NCBI GenBank assembly: GCA_013265495.1 | Contig: MU058433.1 | Coordinates: 124,001 to 154,948 of the forward strand | DNA length: 30,948 bases | From: Vicugna vicugna | Lineage: Eukaryota | Direction of reading: 5' to 3' | Shown here: positions 11,387 through 23,252 of the stretch, in pieces | Layout: the number at the start of each line of letters is the position of its first letter | Position numbering within the stretch: position 1 is the first letter of the stretch | The notes under the pieces: generated by a model | What the model was told of the DNA's origin: nothing | The model's database searches: none | Seen by the model: only the letters and a program-made list of their open reading frames with translations | Position numbers and translations under genes: made by a program

Positions 11387-14300
11387 GTAGGGCCCAAGAT
11401 GGAAGCTAGTACTTGTTGGAAAATCTCATCTTTCCATTTACTCACCTTGGCACCATAGTACTGAGCCCTGTAATCTTCTGCATATTTCTTACCTTATGCT
11501 CAGCTTCCAGTTCCATAAAAGAGATGCCTAGAGTCAAGATTCTTGGCTAAGAGTGAGAGATTTCTTTCCCTTTTTCACCTTTTCTTGTACGGATGGGAAA
11601 TTCCTTCACCAGGTTGGCCCTAATTGCTCCTTCCAGCAGAAAGGATGCTGCTGAACATTGTGGACTGGACATGAAAAGTGTCAATAAAAGAAAAGGACTT
11701 TCCTTGCTGCAGCAGAGTCAATACTTCCCCTAAGGAAAGAGCAACTCATGATAATACGCTTAGTGAGGGGGTAGTGACTTCCAGCACTCAGCAATAAAGA
11801 ATACATTTACCTGCTCAAATTTTTCCTCATGTCATAGATTCTAACCATCAGATTGGAGTCAGTTTCTGTAAACTGATCTCTTGAGATCAGTGTGGTTTCT
11901 TTCCTGTTTATTCTCTGTCCAGTTGCTGAGAAAGCCCATAGCTTGATGCTGGTGTGCTTCCTCTCCCATAGGAGATGCTCCAGGCAGCTCTGAAGAGGCT
12001 GAGGAAGGAGCAGCAGGAAGCTGAGAAGTTGGAAGCTGACATCAGAAAAGAGAGAACTTCCTGGAAGGTGGGAAAAGACTCTTTCTAAGGGATTTCTGAG
12101 ATAGGAATCTTGACATGACCTTCTGTCTGAATCACGAGGAAGCCCCTTCCTCTTGTTGCCTGGCATTGAATGAGTCCAGAGGCCATTTTATTAGGTCTCT
12201 CCTTTGTCCCGTCCCTGTTGGGAGTCGGGGCTGGAGACCTGATATGTTACAAGTACACACACAGATATTTGGAATTGAGCATAAAGACAGACTCTATGGT
12301 GAAGAAATCTGGACAGTTCTGTCTTCCATTCCTCTTTTCCAATGAGGCTCTGACACCTCCAGGAGAGGGCAATGAACAAAGGACCGAGATTCTTCTCAAG
12401 GTTCAACCTTGGGAATATGGTAATACAGGGAGGCATGAGTGTCCAGGACAGCTGTCTACAACCTAAACCTCACTCAGGTTTTACAATTTTTGTCCCAGAG
12501 TTGGCCTAGATAAGAGATTTTGGGTTTGTACTAAAGGGAAAAATATAGGCAAAACAAACAAGCAAAAAAACAACAACGGCTTTCCCAAAGATTGCGCACC
12601 TGCTTTCACTCCCCTCCTGGTTAGAAGTCTTTGAAGAAATACTTATTTTTCTGGCTCCTACTCTGTTGCATAGTGTAGGCTCTCAGGCTGGCAGATTCAT
12701 TACTGCTCTGTCTTGTCCAACTTTGCAGCATCAGACACAGACTGAGAGACAAAGGATACGAACAGAATTTAATCGACTTAGAAGCATCCTGGACGGTGAG
12801 GAGCAGAGAGAACTGCAAAAACTGGAGGAAGAGGAACAGAAGACACTGGATAACTTGGCTGAGGCTGAGGCTGAGCTGGTCCAGCAGAGCCAGTTGCTGA
12901 AAGAGCTCATCTCAGATCTGGAGCGTCGCAGTGAATGGTCAACAGTGGAGCTGCTGCAGGTAAGGAGGGTCACCCGACCTGAAATTCTTAAAACGCAGTG
13001 TAAGTTACCTTCTCCTCTGTGTCCTTGGGCTCTAATCCTGTTGTTGACACTAAGAGATTTCTCTGGCCTTGTAGAGAGCCTCCTTTGCCGTCCATTCTCA
13101 AGGTCATGGGATGACTGAATGTAAGCATTCCAGGGAAGTGTCTCATTCTTATTCTTTCATGAAGCAAGGGAATACATTTGACCTTAAAGAGAAGAGTCAT
13201 GGTGGCCAGTAATGTTCTTTAGATCCCTATTATCTTTTCTCTAGTGTTGGAAATTTGTCCAGTTTAACTTCTTCTTTTTCAGTATAGATGGTTTTTATTT
13301 TTTTCTTTGCCTAATTCCTTTGACTAGAACCTCTAGCACCATGTTGAATAGAAGTAGTGAGAGCAGACATTTTTGTCTTGCTCCTGATCTTAGGGAAAAT
13401 GCACTCAGCTTTTTACCACTAAGTATGATGTTAACTGTGGGATTTTCACAGATGCCTTTATTAGACTAAGAAAGCTCCCTTCTATTCCTAGTTTGTTATT
13501 ATTATTCTTGTTTTGTTTAGGGTGCTGTATTTGTTAAATACTTTTTTCTGTGTCTATTGAAATCATCATGTCGCTTTTTGTCTTTTGTTTTATTAATATG
13601 ATGCATTAAATTGATTGCTTTTCTCATATTAAACCAACCTGGCATTTCTGGGATAAATCTGACTTGACCATAGTATATAATCTTTTATGTTTTGCTGGAT
13701 TAAATTTTCTAGTGTTTTGTTGAAAAAGTTTGTGTCTATATTCATAAGGATTATTGGCCTGTAGTTTACTTTTCTTGTGATATCTTTGTCTGGTTTTAAC
13801 ATCAAAATAATTTTGGCCTCATGGAATGAGTAGGGAAGTGTTTCCTCCTCTTTCAATTTCTGGAAGAATTTGTGAAGTATTTGTGCTATTTTTTCTTTAA
13901 ACTCTTAGCAGAATTCACCTGTGGAGCCATCTTGGCCTGGCCTGGACTTTTCTTTGGAGGAAGTTTTTGATTTCCAGTCCAAACTCTACATGTTTTAGAT
14001 CTATTCAGATTTTTTCTATTTCTTCTTCTTGAATCAGTATTCATGGTTTCTGTGTTTCTGGGAATTTGTCCACTTAATCTAGGTTATTTAATTTGTTGGT
14101 GTACAATCGTTCATAGCTTTTATAACCTTTTAATTTCTGTTGAGTCAGTAGTAATATCTCTTCTTTCACTCCTTATTTTAGTAATCTGTCTCCTCTTTTT
14201 TCTTGGAATATCTAGCTAAAGGATTGCCAATTGTGTTGATATTTTTAAATAATTTACTTTTGAATTCCCTGATTTTTTCTAATATTTCTCTATTCTTTCT

Positions 14301-16805
14301 TTCATTAATCCTTCTGTACTATTCATTCTCCTTGACTCAGATTTTCTCTCTCCTTCCTAGGACATGAGTGGAATCATAAAATGGTGCGTATGGGTGACCG
14401 GAAGTGGTGAGTGGCGCTTTTATGGTATGAAGAAAGTTTTGAAGCCATGACAGTTATCTGGTGGTCAATCAGAATGAAAGATCTCCCCAAACAAGGAAGT
14501 TTTGATGTAGTATTATGTTAAATTGTTAGTCATAGACGAGGATTCAGGTATTCACTCTTTAGTGAGAATGTGGACCAGATTCTGTATTAGTAAATCTGGT
14601 GGTTGGAATTTACAGGTTTAGGGCTGTAAGGATTAGGGGATAAAGGATTTCACTATCAGACTCCTGTGGCTTCACTCATTCAATTCTCCCTCTGTCCTTG
14701 CTCTGATTTCTGTATTTCACAGATACTTGTCTTATCACACTATGTCATGGGAGCATCTTTTTAAATATTTATTTTGCATAAATGGGAATAGAGAAGGACA
14801 AGGTCATTCTACAAGTTTCTCTTTAGAGTTCTAAAAGCAGACCTGAGCCTTGGGGTTAGTGGTTTTGACCTTGATGCCAATAATTAATCTCTTCCTATTC
14901 ACACTTTAGAAGTTTATTTGGGAAAGTGTAACCCTTGTGTCTAAAGTTTGCCAGTCCACCTAGCAGCACCAAATTCTTTACAAACACATGAAGTTCTAAC
15001 CATTTTAGTTTGGTAATGATAACATCTCCTTTGCCAGAAGTTTTTAACTTTTTCCCAGAACACCTGAAAACTTAAATGTTGTTTCTGGGCCACAGCTCTG
15101 GAATTAAGGCTTTCCACTAGGGCACAGGTTCATAGGCTCTCCCTACTGATCTCCCTGGGAACCCAGATCTATGGTCCCTTCCTGGGAGACCCATTGTGAT
15201 CTGATGATTTTCCACATATTACATACCTTTTGTAGAGGTTGCAAAGTCATTTCCTGTGTATTATTTCATCGAATTTCATACTACTTCCATGAGGTATCAA
15301 GGGAAGGGTTAATTATTCCATTTCTAGAAGAAGACACTGTTTCTTTGAGGTGAAGATCCTCCTAAGTGGGCAGGTGGACATGAGCACATTTCTTCTGTCT
15401 TGTGTCAGAGCTCTCACTTCTCCCATCCTCAGTCTTCTCAGGGAAGAGGTTTAAGTGCATCAGCGGTATGGAAGGAGAGGAAGGCAGTGGTCTTGGAAGG
15501 AGGCAAGTTAAGAGATGTAAGGTCAACATTTTTGTCATCCCTAGGAGTGAGATCTGGACACTGAAGAAGCCAAAAACTGTTTCCAAGAAACTGAAGAGGA
15601 CATTCCGTGCTCCAGATCTGAGCGAAATGCTTCACGTGTTTAGAGGTGAGGAAGTCAGGGCAGGAGTGTGCATGTGGGATTCTTGTGGTGCCAGGGACTA
15701 AATTTGGGACCTGAAATATTTCCAAGTGAGTACAAAGAAGAAGGGTGTTCAGAGAAGGGATTTTGCTGAAGAAGATGTGGTTATAGCTGAGGAAGAATGG
15801 CTAGATACCTGGTTTATCCGCTCGTTCACCAGTTCTTAGTTTCACAACAGTCCCCTCCCCTGTGCCTGCTCTAGAGAAGAAACCGTTATGAGTGCTTAAT
15901 CACTTGTGTCAAATAACATCATTGAATCTTTTATCATTTCAGAGCTAACACATGTCCAGTGCTACTGGGGTAAGAAGATTTACTGGGTCTTCAAATCACT
16001 GTATTCTGATTCCCTTTTAGAAGTTTGTGGTTTCAATTAGATCTTATGATCATAGCCCCATGTGCTCACTTCTCCAGATGATATATTTGTGCAGTACATC
16101 ACTCCAATGTTTTAACTCCTTTCCCCAATCTATCAACACAGGTTCTGCCTAGTCACTTCCCAAGTTCCCTTTTCACAATGTTACTGGATAAATTTACTGT
16201 ATATTTGTGGCATGCTTTCATATTTTTTTTTCTCTGCAGTGGACATCACACTGAATCCATTCAACTTAAATCTGAATCTTGTCCTTTCAGAAGATCAGAG
16301 ACAAGTGATAGCTATGCCTATATGGCCAGTGAAGTATTACAATTGTGGTATCTTGGGCTCACAGTATTTCTCCTCAGGGAAACACTACTGGGAGATAGAT
16401 GTATCCAAGAAGGCTGCCTGGATCCTGGGGGTATACTGTAGAACACGTTCCCATAGTGTAAAGTTTGCTGCTGGACGAGGCACAGATCATCAAAATGTTT
16501 ACTCCATATACAGACCTCAATTTGGCTACTGGGTTATAGGGTTGAAGGATAAATTTAAGTACAAAGCCTTTGAGGACTCTTCCACCTCTGATCTCAAAGT
16601 CTTGACTCTTTCCATGGCTGTTCCTCCCCGTCGTGTTGGGGTTTTCCTAGACTATGAAGCAGGCACTGTCTCATTTTTCAATGTCACAAACCATGGGTCA
16701 CTCATCTACAAGTTCTATAAATGTGGCTTTTCTCAGAAAGCTTATCCATATTTCAACCCTTGGAACTGTCCTGCTCCCATGACCCTGTGTCCTCCAAGTC
16801 CCTGA
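10967..16805 (+). CDS. TRIM34: TRIM34-like tripartite motif E3 ligase (RING, B-box2, coiled coil, PRYSPRY), 487 aa, 7 coding exons: 10967-11386, 11972-12067, 12729-12959, 14361-14383, 15545-15645, 15943-15969, 16240-16805
   Basis: All introns are GT-AG. Exon sizes 420+96+231+23+101+27+566 = 1464 nt give 488 codons with no internal stop. The 96/231/23/101/27 pattern is typical of the TRIM5/6/22/34 family. The SPRY text ([45 protein letters not shown]) is closest to recalled TRIM34. Confidence 0.92.
11972..12067 (+). CDS. TRIM34: TRIM34-like exon 3 (coiled coil, 96 bp)
   Basis: cccatag|GAG...TGGAAG|gtggg; encodes [32 protein letters not shown]. Confidence 0.92.
12729..12959 (+). CDS. TRIM34: TRIM34-like exon 4 (coiled coil, 231 bp)
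   Basis: ttgcag|CAT...CTGCAG|gtaagg; encodes [22 protein letters not shown]...TVELLQ. Confidence 0.92.
13260..14320 (-). mobile_element. LINE-1 ORF2 (RT region) fragment, antisense, in TRIM34 intron 4
   Basis: Minus ORF 13629-13856 reads [38 protein letters not shown], the L1 ORF2 RT N-terminus. Flanking text continues as antisense L1. Confidence 0.9.
14361..14383 (+). CDS. TRIM34: TRIM34-like exon 5 (23-bp micro-exon)
   Basis: ttcctag|GACATGAGTGGAATCATAAAATG|gtgcgt; encodes DMSGIIK(W). Confidence 0.88.
15545..15645 (+). CDS. TRIM34: TRIM34-like exon 6 (linker 2, 101 bp)
   Basis: ccctag|G AGT GAG ATC TGG...TTT AGA G|gtgag; encodes [33 protein letters not shown]. Confidence 0.9.
15943..15969 (+). 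CDS. TRIM34: TRIM34-like exon 7 (27 bp)
   Basis: tttcag|AGCTAACACATGTCCAGTGCTACTGGG|gtaag; encodes (E)LTHVQCYW. Confidence 0.9.
16240..16805 (+). CDS. TRIM34: TRIM34-like exon 8 (B30.2/PRYSPRY domain)
   Basis: ctgcag|TG GAC ATC...; encodes [23 protein letters not shown]...[28 protein letters not shown]...LCPPSP*. Confidence 0.93.
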
Positions 16806-17262
16806 AACTTCTCCCCTCATCCACTTCTTATAACGACCCTTATCTTGGGGTTCATCTCCTGCGAGGAGCTCACCTGCACCGCTCGTGCCATCTCTCCCTG
16901 TCTCCCTTCTGTGCTCTAGAACCTGTGCTCATCCTTGGGGTGTAGAGTGTATCTGATCTGAGTTAGAAGAGATGCTTATGTACCCACTGACCCTGTTTCA
17001 TATCCTCAAAGAAAGACATCTAATTCCTCCCAAAGACAGAGCACTATTGGTATAACATCTTTGCCCTCCGAATTCTCCATATATTCCTTTATCACTGACC
17101 TAAAGAGATGTGGCAAAACCAGTCTGCCACCGTCTGTGACATCCAGGACAGTCTACAGTCACTCCCTACTCACCACCGCCAGCTAAGAAGTATTTGACTG
17201 AATGTCTGTTTGCTGCCCAGGATACACCAGGTTCATCATAGGGTCGTGGAAAGGAAACCACA

Positions 17263-17492
17263 CGCAGTATAATGTACTCAGAGTTAAGACTTTATGTTCG
17301 TAGTGTTTGAGTTCTAATCTTGTCTCTTCTTTTCCAAGGTGTGTAATGATGAATAAATTCTGGGTTTCTTTTTCCTTTAATATAATTTAGGGTTCAAAAC
17401 TGTGCCTAACTCTTAAGAGCATTGTGTAAAACTAAATGTCACACTATGTAAAGCAACTGTTTACGTGTGTTGCACAATGTAATAAATATTTT
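17263..17492 (+). mobile_element. MIR SINE at the TRIM34 3' end, containing AATAAA at 17352 and 17481
   Basis: 'gcagtataatgtactcagagttaagac...tttgagttctaatcttg...ctatgtaaagca...aataaatatt' follows the MIR layout. Confidence 0.55.
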
Positions 17493-19309
17493 CTCATACA
17501 GTTACTGAAAATCATAAGCTGTGTCAGTGCCACGTGCAACAGATTTGTGCTTGTCAGTGGGACAGTCATTGACCTGCATGAGTCTCGTTTTCCAGGTTCC
17601 CAGACTTGGCTGTCGAGACCACTCCAGTCCCAGCTTTGTTTTGTTAGAACTTTTCATACAGAGGCTGTTCTCTATGGGACTGTATTTAAGGCACTTTACT
17701 GGAAATGGACCAGAAAAGTGCAACAGTACGACTTTCTGAAGTCTGTCTAGCAGAGAGAGTCACGTTTAGGAACAGCTGTTCTTATTAAGGACAGCCTTTT
17801 GGTTTTCAGGCCTTTCCCCGGTGGTCAAACACTTGAGTAGTCCCCTGTATATGCCATTCCGTGCACTTTTCTGTTCTGTTCTTTTTCTTGGTAAGCAGTT
17901 TCAAATTCAGGGTGAAGAATAGACTTACCTGGGATAGCAAAGCAACAAACTTTTGTTAGAGAAGTGTACAGTATGAATTAGGGCAGACTGCTCTATAGTT
18001 CACATCAAATCATGGAATGTCCCAGTGGAATGAAAAAGAAAGTACGTGACCTGGATATGCTATACACATACCTAAGCACACACACATGTATGCACATGGA
18101 TAATTGTATGTGTAAGTGTATATACATAGAGTATCTTTATCCCAGTACATCTTCAAAAATATCACATAAAGAACAAATTCCTATCAGGTCATTAAAAGAA
18201 TGCATAAACCTGTGAGGTATACCTAACATTTTACGGCTAACGGTGTAGGAGGCAAGATTAGAACTGGGACTGTGTTTGTTCAGCACAGGTGCCCATTCAG
18301 CAGCGCACTCCCCATGAAAAGGTAGGAGCCAGATTCCCTGGGGTGTGCAGTAGGAGGGAGAACCCAGGAGGTACTTAACTGCCAGAGCTGGGAGCAAAGG
18401 GGACAAGCTTAGTTTGCCCAGATACGTCCCCATTTGTTGGGCTGCTGGTTCACACTAGGACCTGCCGTGACAGGAAGGGGCAGGAGTTCTGTCTTGGGCT
18501 CCCTCAGCCATGGTGTAGCTCGGTGTTTCCTGTTCCTGGTCAGCCCCGGCCTTTCCAGCGAGCTGAAAGGCTGCAGTGATTCTCAGAAAGGAAGTCACAC
18601 CTGTTCCCCTCGTCTAGTGAGACTGCAGGGCAAACGCGGCTACAGAGAGGGTCCTTGCAGCACACGGTGGGCTCCCTGTCTCTTTTGGCATTTTCCCTTC
18701 CCACTCTTTCCCAACCTACTTATGAGATGAGAGAAAAAGATATAATGGGCTACTTGGCCAAACAGTGTATTTCTGGTCTCTGTTTTCAGGGGTAAATGAG
18801 ATGCTTTGAGGGGGACAATAGGGAAGTCAGAGAGTTCTTTGACAGTTAGTAATTTACACCTGTCACTGTAATCATGTATTTCTGTGTGGCTCTCTGGGTG
18901 GATTTCTCCCATCCGGGTCTCCTTTTTTATTTATTTTTATTTACTTAATTTGTTATGGTTTGGGAACCTTAATAGTGTGACGGTTGCCCTACTCTGCAGC
19001 TTCTTGTGTGTTTACTAGTCCTCCAAGATTTCCAAGTTTAAACTCTAGGGTCTACTGCAGTTCCCCTCAAATCACTAACTGTTCATCCATCTCCCTGGGC
19101 CATATCTGCCTCCCAGACACAGAGCTCAGCGGAGAGGTCAGGAACGAGACGGGCACGTAGGAAGAATTTCCAGAAGGGGCATCGTTGCACTTTCAGTGAA
19201 ACAAAATGAGATGCCTGATTGGTTTTAACCGTGTGAAATGCTATCAGAAGTGGCATGATAATGATGTCCTGAGACCCATGAGAAGAGGAAGTTAAAATAG
19301 AAGTGACTC

Positions 19310-19548
19310 GTAGAATAGATAAACAAGATTATACTGTATAGCACAGGGAAGTATATACAAGATCTTGTGGTAGCTCACAGCAAAAAAAAATGTGACAATG
19401 AATACATGTAAGTTCGTGTATAACTGAAAAATTGTGCTCTACACTGGAATTTGACACAACATTGTAAAATGACTATAACTCAATAAAAAATGTTAAAAAA
19501 ATAAAATAAAATAAAATAAAATAAAATAAAATAAAATAAAATAAAATA
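19310..19548 (+). mobile_element. Young 5'-truncated LINE-1 (camelid-like 3' end) with (TAAAA)n tail
   Basis: L1 3' UTR text 'atactgtatagcacaggg...tagctcacag...gactataactcaataaaa' and an A-rich tail. 16-bp TSD aaaatagaagtgactc (19294-19309) / aaaatagaaatgactc (19549-19564) at a TT|AAAA endonuclease site. Confidence 0.9.
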
Positions 19549-19870
19549 AAAATAGAAATGACTCTTTAATCACAACATTTGTATGAGGCGCAGATGCACC
19601 AAGACTGACTCGCTGGGGTGATAAATCCCAGTCAAAGCGTTTTTTCTTTCTTTTTCTTTTCTCCTACTCCCCTGTTCCTGAACAGATCTTACTGGATTAA
19701 GATTGACATGCTGAGCATTGCCACCTCTGCAACATCCTCTTTATACCCTTAACTGTGGCAAGTTGCTGTTTGGCACACGTCTTTTTAAACTGCACGGTTT
19801 AGTCATGTCGTTATCATGACCGCGGTTCACCTGTGCCACCTAACACAGAATCTGAGGACTGTTTTACTTC

Positions 19871-20407
19871 TGTAGTCGTGTTCGCCAGAGAAACAGAGAA
19901 GTGGAATCAATCTGAGATATATATATATCTCATATTGCATATATATACACATACATATGTACATACATATATATACATACATATATATGTATGTATATAT
20001 ACAGGAGATTTATCAAGATAAATTGGCTCACATAATTATAGAAGCTGAGATGTTCCAGATCTGCCCTCTGTAAGCTGGAGGCCCAAGTAACTCAGTGTAA
20101 ATCTAGAAGCTTGAATATCAGGGTAGCCATGGCACAAGTCCGAGTCTAAGGACAGGAGAAGACCTGTATCCCAGCTCAAGCACGTACATGAGCAAATTCT
20201 TCCTTCTTCCACATTTTTGGTCTTTTCAGGTCCTCAACAACTTAGGTGATGCCCACCCACATCGGAGAAAGCAAACTGCTTTACTGAGTCCACAGATTCA
20301 ACTCTAATGTCATCTGGAAACAAGATCCTCAGGGACACACCCAGAAAGACTGTATAATCTGGGCACCCAAAGACCAGTCTAGTTGACACATAAAATTAAT
20401 CATCACA
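19871..20407 (-). mobile_element. MLT2 (ERVL) LTR, copy A, with internal (TA/CA)n microsatellite
   Basis: 'aattggctcacataattatagaagctgaga...ctggaggccca...ctttactgagtccacagattcaa...gttgacacataaaattaatcatcaca' is the MLT2 reverse complement. Confidence 0.85.
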
Positions 20408-20729
20408 TTAATTTTCCTGCTTTATTTTTATTATATTATGATCATAGGGATCATATATTAAATAGTATTAGATGACATTGCCCAGCAAATGATATTTCCT
20501 AAAGTCTCACCTTTTTTAGCCTATTTAGGACAAGTCTCAATTTGGCCACACTGAATCCAACTTTGGAAAGCCAGTATCAGTGTTCTAGCACTCTGTGATA
20601 GCCCCTCTATATGGTCAGCTGAGTAATTTCAGTTTTAGAAAGCCATTTCCTGTAACATGACCTAACAGGACACAGACTGATCAGATTTACTTATTTTAGC
20701 TGGTGGACACAGGACAGGGGAGAGCATTC

Positions 20730-21455
20730 TGACACAGGAAAATGGGGCACAAGAGGATGGCCACGTTCTAGGTCCCAGGCAAGTCCCTGGAAGTGCCCCA
20801 TCAGGTGAGGGTCCTTGGCTTTGCGCAAGAAAGAATTCAAGAGGAATAGTAGAGTGAAGAGCCATAGTAGAGTGAAGGTAGTTTATTCAGAGAGATGCAC
20901 ACTCCATAGACAGAGTGCAGGCTGTCTCAGGACAGAGAGGCCATGAGGCATGAGGGTATTTAGCTTAAGTTACAGCAGATACACACTCCACAGACAGAGT
21001 GTGAGCCATCTCAGAAGGCAAGAGAGAGTAACCAAGCAGGTTAGGACACACACATTCCAAAGGCAGAATGCTGGCCATCTACAGAGGGGAGAGGGGAGAG
21101 TGGCAGCCTCAGAGCAAGGGGGCGTCTAGGGGAGTGAGAGCAGCTGTGAGGTATGGGGGTTGTTGGTTTTATGGGCTCTGCACCTTCATATGCTAACAAG
21201 TGGGAAGATTATTCCAACTACGTTGGGGAAGGGGCTGGGATTCCCAGGAACTGGGCCACAACCCACTTTTTGGCATCTTACGGTGGGCCTTGGAACTGTC
21301 ATGGTGCCTGTGGGAGTGCCATCTCCCATGCTGATGTATTACAATGAGTGTATGAGGATCAAGGTGTCCTGGGAGTTGAGTCTTCCGCCATCTTGGTGCT
21401 AACGGCTGTGTCATTCCTTGAAGGGCTGTGCCCTGCCCTCTTCCCTCCTGTCTCA
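20730..21455 (-). mobile_element. Solo ERV1-type LTR (726 bp), present only in duplication unit A
   Basis: TG...CA termini, a near-perfect 4-bp TSD (attc/atgc), a minus-strand AATAAA at ~20882-20887 and internal repeats (acactcca.agacagagtg). The site is empty in copy B (~28980). Confidence 0.82.
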
Positions 21456-21699
21456 ATGCCAGTATTGCTGCCTCAGGTGGGCCCTCAGTGTGTCCTCATT
21501 GTGGTAAAGGAGAACTTCCTCTTTCTTCCTGACAGCTCCTTTGTAAGGAAACTAGGCAAGATGGATTGTGTGAAATGACATTACTTAGGTTATTCTTCAA
21601 AAGTTCTTCAAAGGATGGATTCATTTGAAGAGCCCTGAGAACAGCTGAGACAGGAATAAAAATGCAGTCCCTGGCCCACCAGGCTCAGGCACAAAAGCC

Positions 21700-21857
21700 T
21701 TGTCATTTCGTGGGGCCCTGTGTGGAGGCCTCCCATTGGTCCATAGTTTCTCTCCTCCTTTCCTGCCTGTACTCCACCCCCAAGACTTAACCTTCAGTTT
21801 TACTCAGCTCATCTGGGAAATCCTTTTTGTGGCGCTCAGGCCCCTTGTTTGGTGAGT
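21700..21857 (+). promoter_or_regulatory. TRIM5-like promoter and non-coding exon 1, copy A (donor after 21851)
   Basis: 'gggaaatcctttttgtggcgctcaggccccttgtttg|gtgagt' resembles the recalled TRIM5 5' UTR exon 1 and lies upstream of the TRIM5 exon-2 remnant. Confidence 0.6.
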
Positions 21858-22617
21858 GAATCCTGAACACATCTGCCCAGGTTCTACCTTTAGTCTTCTC
21901 CAAGGAATCACAACTTCTCTATTGGTCCATGGAGATAGTTGAGTGGATGTGGGAAGCAGAGTTTGCAGACTCAGATGAAACACTGAACCTGCCTGGGTGA
22001 GTCTGATTTGTTGTCAGGAAGCTATTCTAATGGGGGGAAAAGGTCTAGCTTGCAGGCTTCCTGCTAAGAGTCCTGACTGAAGATCAGTCAGGAGAGGGGA
22101 GGTCTTACTAGAAGGGGGATAAGAAGCAAAGAAAGGCTTTGTTTCTTGAAGTGACTGTTTATTTCTTCAGGGTGAATCTGCCCACATCTCCTTCCTTTTC
22201 TATAATTTTGAACTGCGCCTTGCTAAGGACAGCCAGAATCCTTGATTTTTCAGACCTAGAAAGTTCCTTTGGTCAACAACAGGAACAAAAAACAGAGCAG
22301 TCTTTGAGTGCTAGTGGTTTCCTTTCTATCAGAGTGACAATGCAGTGTTTCTGCCTGACTCTAGATCAGTCCTCATCACCTCGGCCCGTCTGTGCTCAGG
22401 AGCCTGGTGCTGTGACAGCTGGCAGGCTCTGAGCCTCTCTGTGTTCTCTTGTCCAGACACAGGGAACCACTGCCATTCCTTAAATCACTAAGACTTATCT
22501 GCCACCCAGAAACAGCTCAGCGGAGAGGTCAGGAGCAAGAGAAGCACATAGGAAGAATTTCTAGAAGGGACATCTGGAAGCATCTAAATTCTAATAAAAA
22601 TTACCACTTACTTAAAC

Positions 22618-23252
22618 TTTTTTTTAATTGAAGTACAGTGAGATTACAATGTTGTGTGAATTTCTGGTGTACAGCATAATAATTCAATCATATATGCATA
22701 TATATATTCATTTTCATAGTCTTTTTCATTACAGGTTACTACAAGATTTTGAATATAGTTCCCTGTGCTATACAGTAGAAACTTGCTGTTTATCTATTTT
22801 ATACGCATAATAGTTAGTAGTTAGTATCTGCAAATCTTGGACTCCCAGTTTATCCCTTCCCACCATCTTTCTTCCCTGGTAACCGTAAGTTTGTTTTCTA
22901 TGTCTGTGAGTCTGTTTCTGTTTTGCAAATAAGTTCATTTGTCTTTTTTTTTAAGATTCCACATATAAGTGATATCATATGGTATTTTTCTTTCTCTTTC
23001 TGGCTTACTTCACTTAGAATGACAGTCTCCAGGTCCACCCAAATTGCTGCAGATGGCAATATTTTATTCTTTTTTATGGCTGAGTAGTATTCTATTGTAT
23101 AAATATACCACATCTTCTTTATCCAGTCATCTGTCGATGGACCTTTAGGTTGTTTCCATGTCTTGGCTATTGTAAATAATGCTGCTATGAACATTGTGGT
23201 GCATGTATCTTTTCAAATTAAATTCCCTCTGGACATATGCCCAAGAGTGGGA
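22618..23252 (-). mobile_element. 5'-truncated LINE-1 (ORF2 C-terminus + 3' UTR), antisense
   Basis: Minus ORF 22898-23194 reads MFIAALFTIAKTWKQPK.PSTDDWIKKMWYIYT.EYYSAIKKN, the L1 ORF2 C-terminus. Poly-T at the left end; no TSD seen. Confidence 0.93.

Larger units (their letters stand above)
19600..22605 (+). repeat. Segmental duplication unit A (TRIM5 upstream region, exon 1, start of intron 1)
   Basis: Colinear homology with ~26960-30200. Shared anchors include 'ctgtttggcacac', MLT2, 'gatgacattgccca', 'cagtgttctagc.ctctgtgatagcccct', 'caggctcaggcacaaaagccttgtcattt' and 'tttggtgagtgaat'. Confidence 0.88.
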
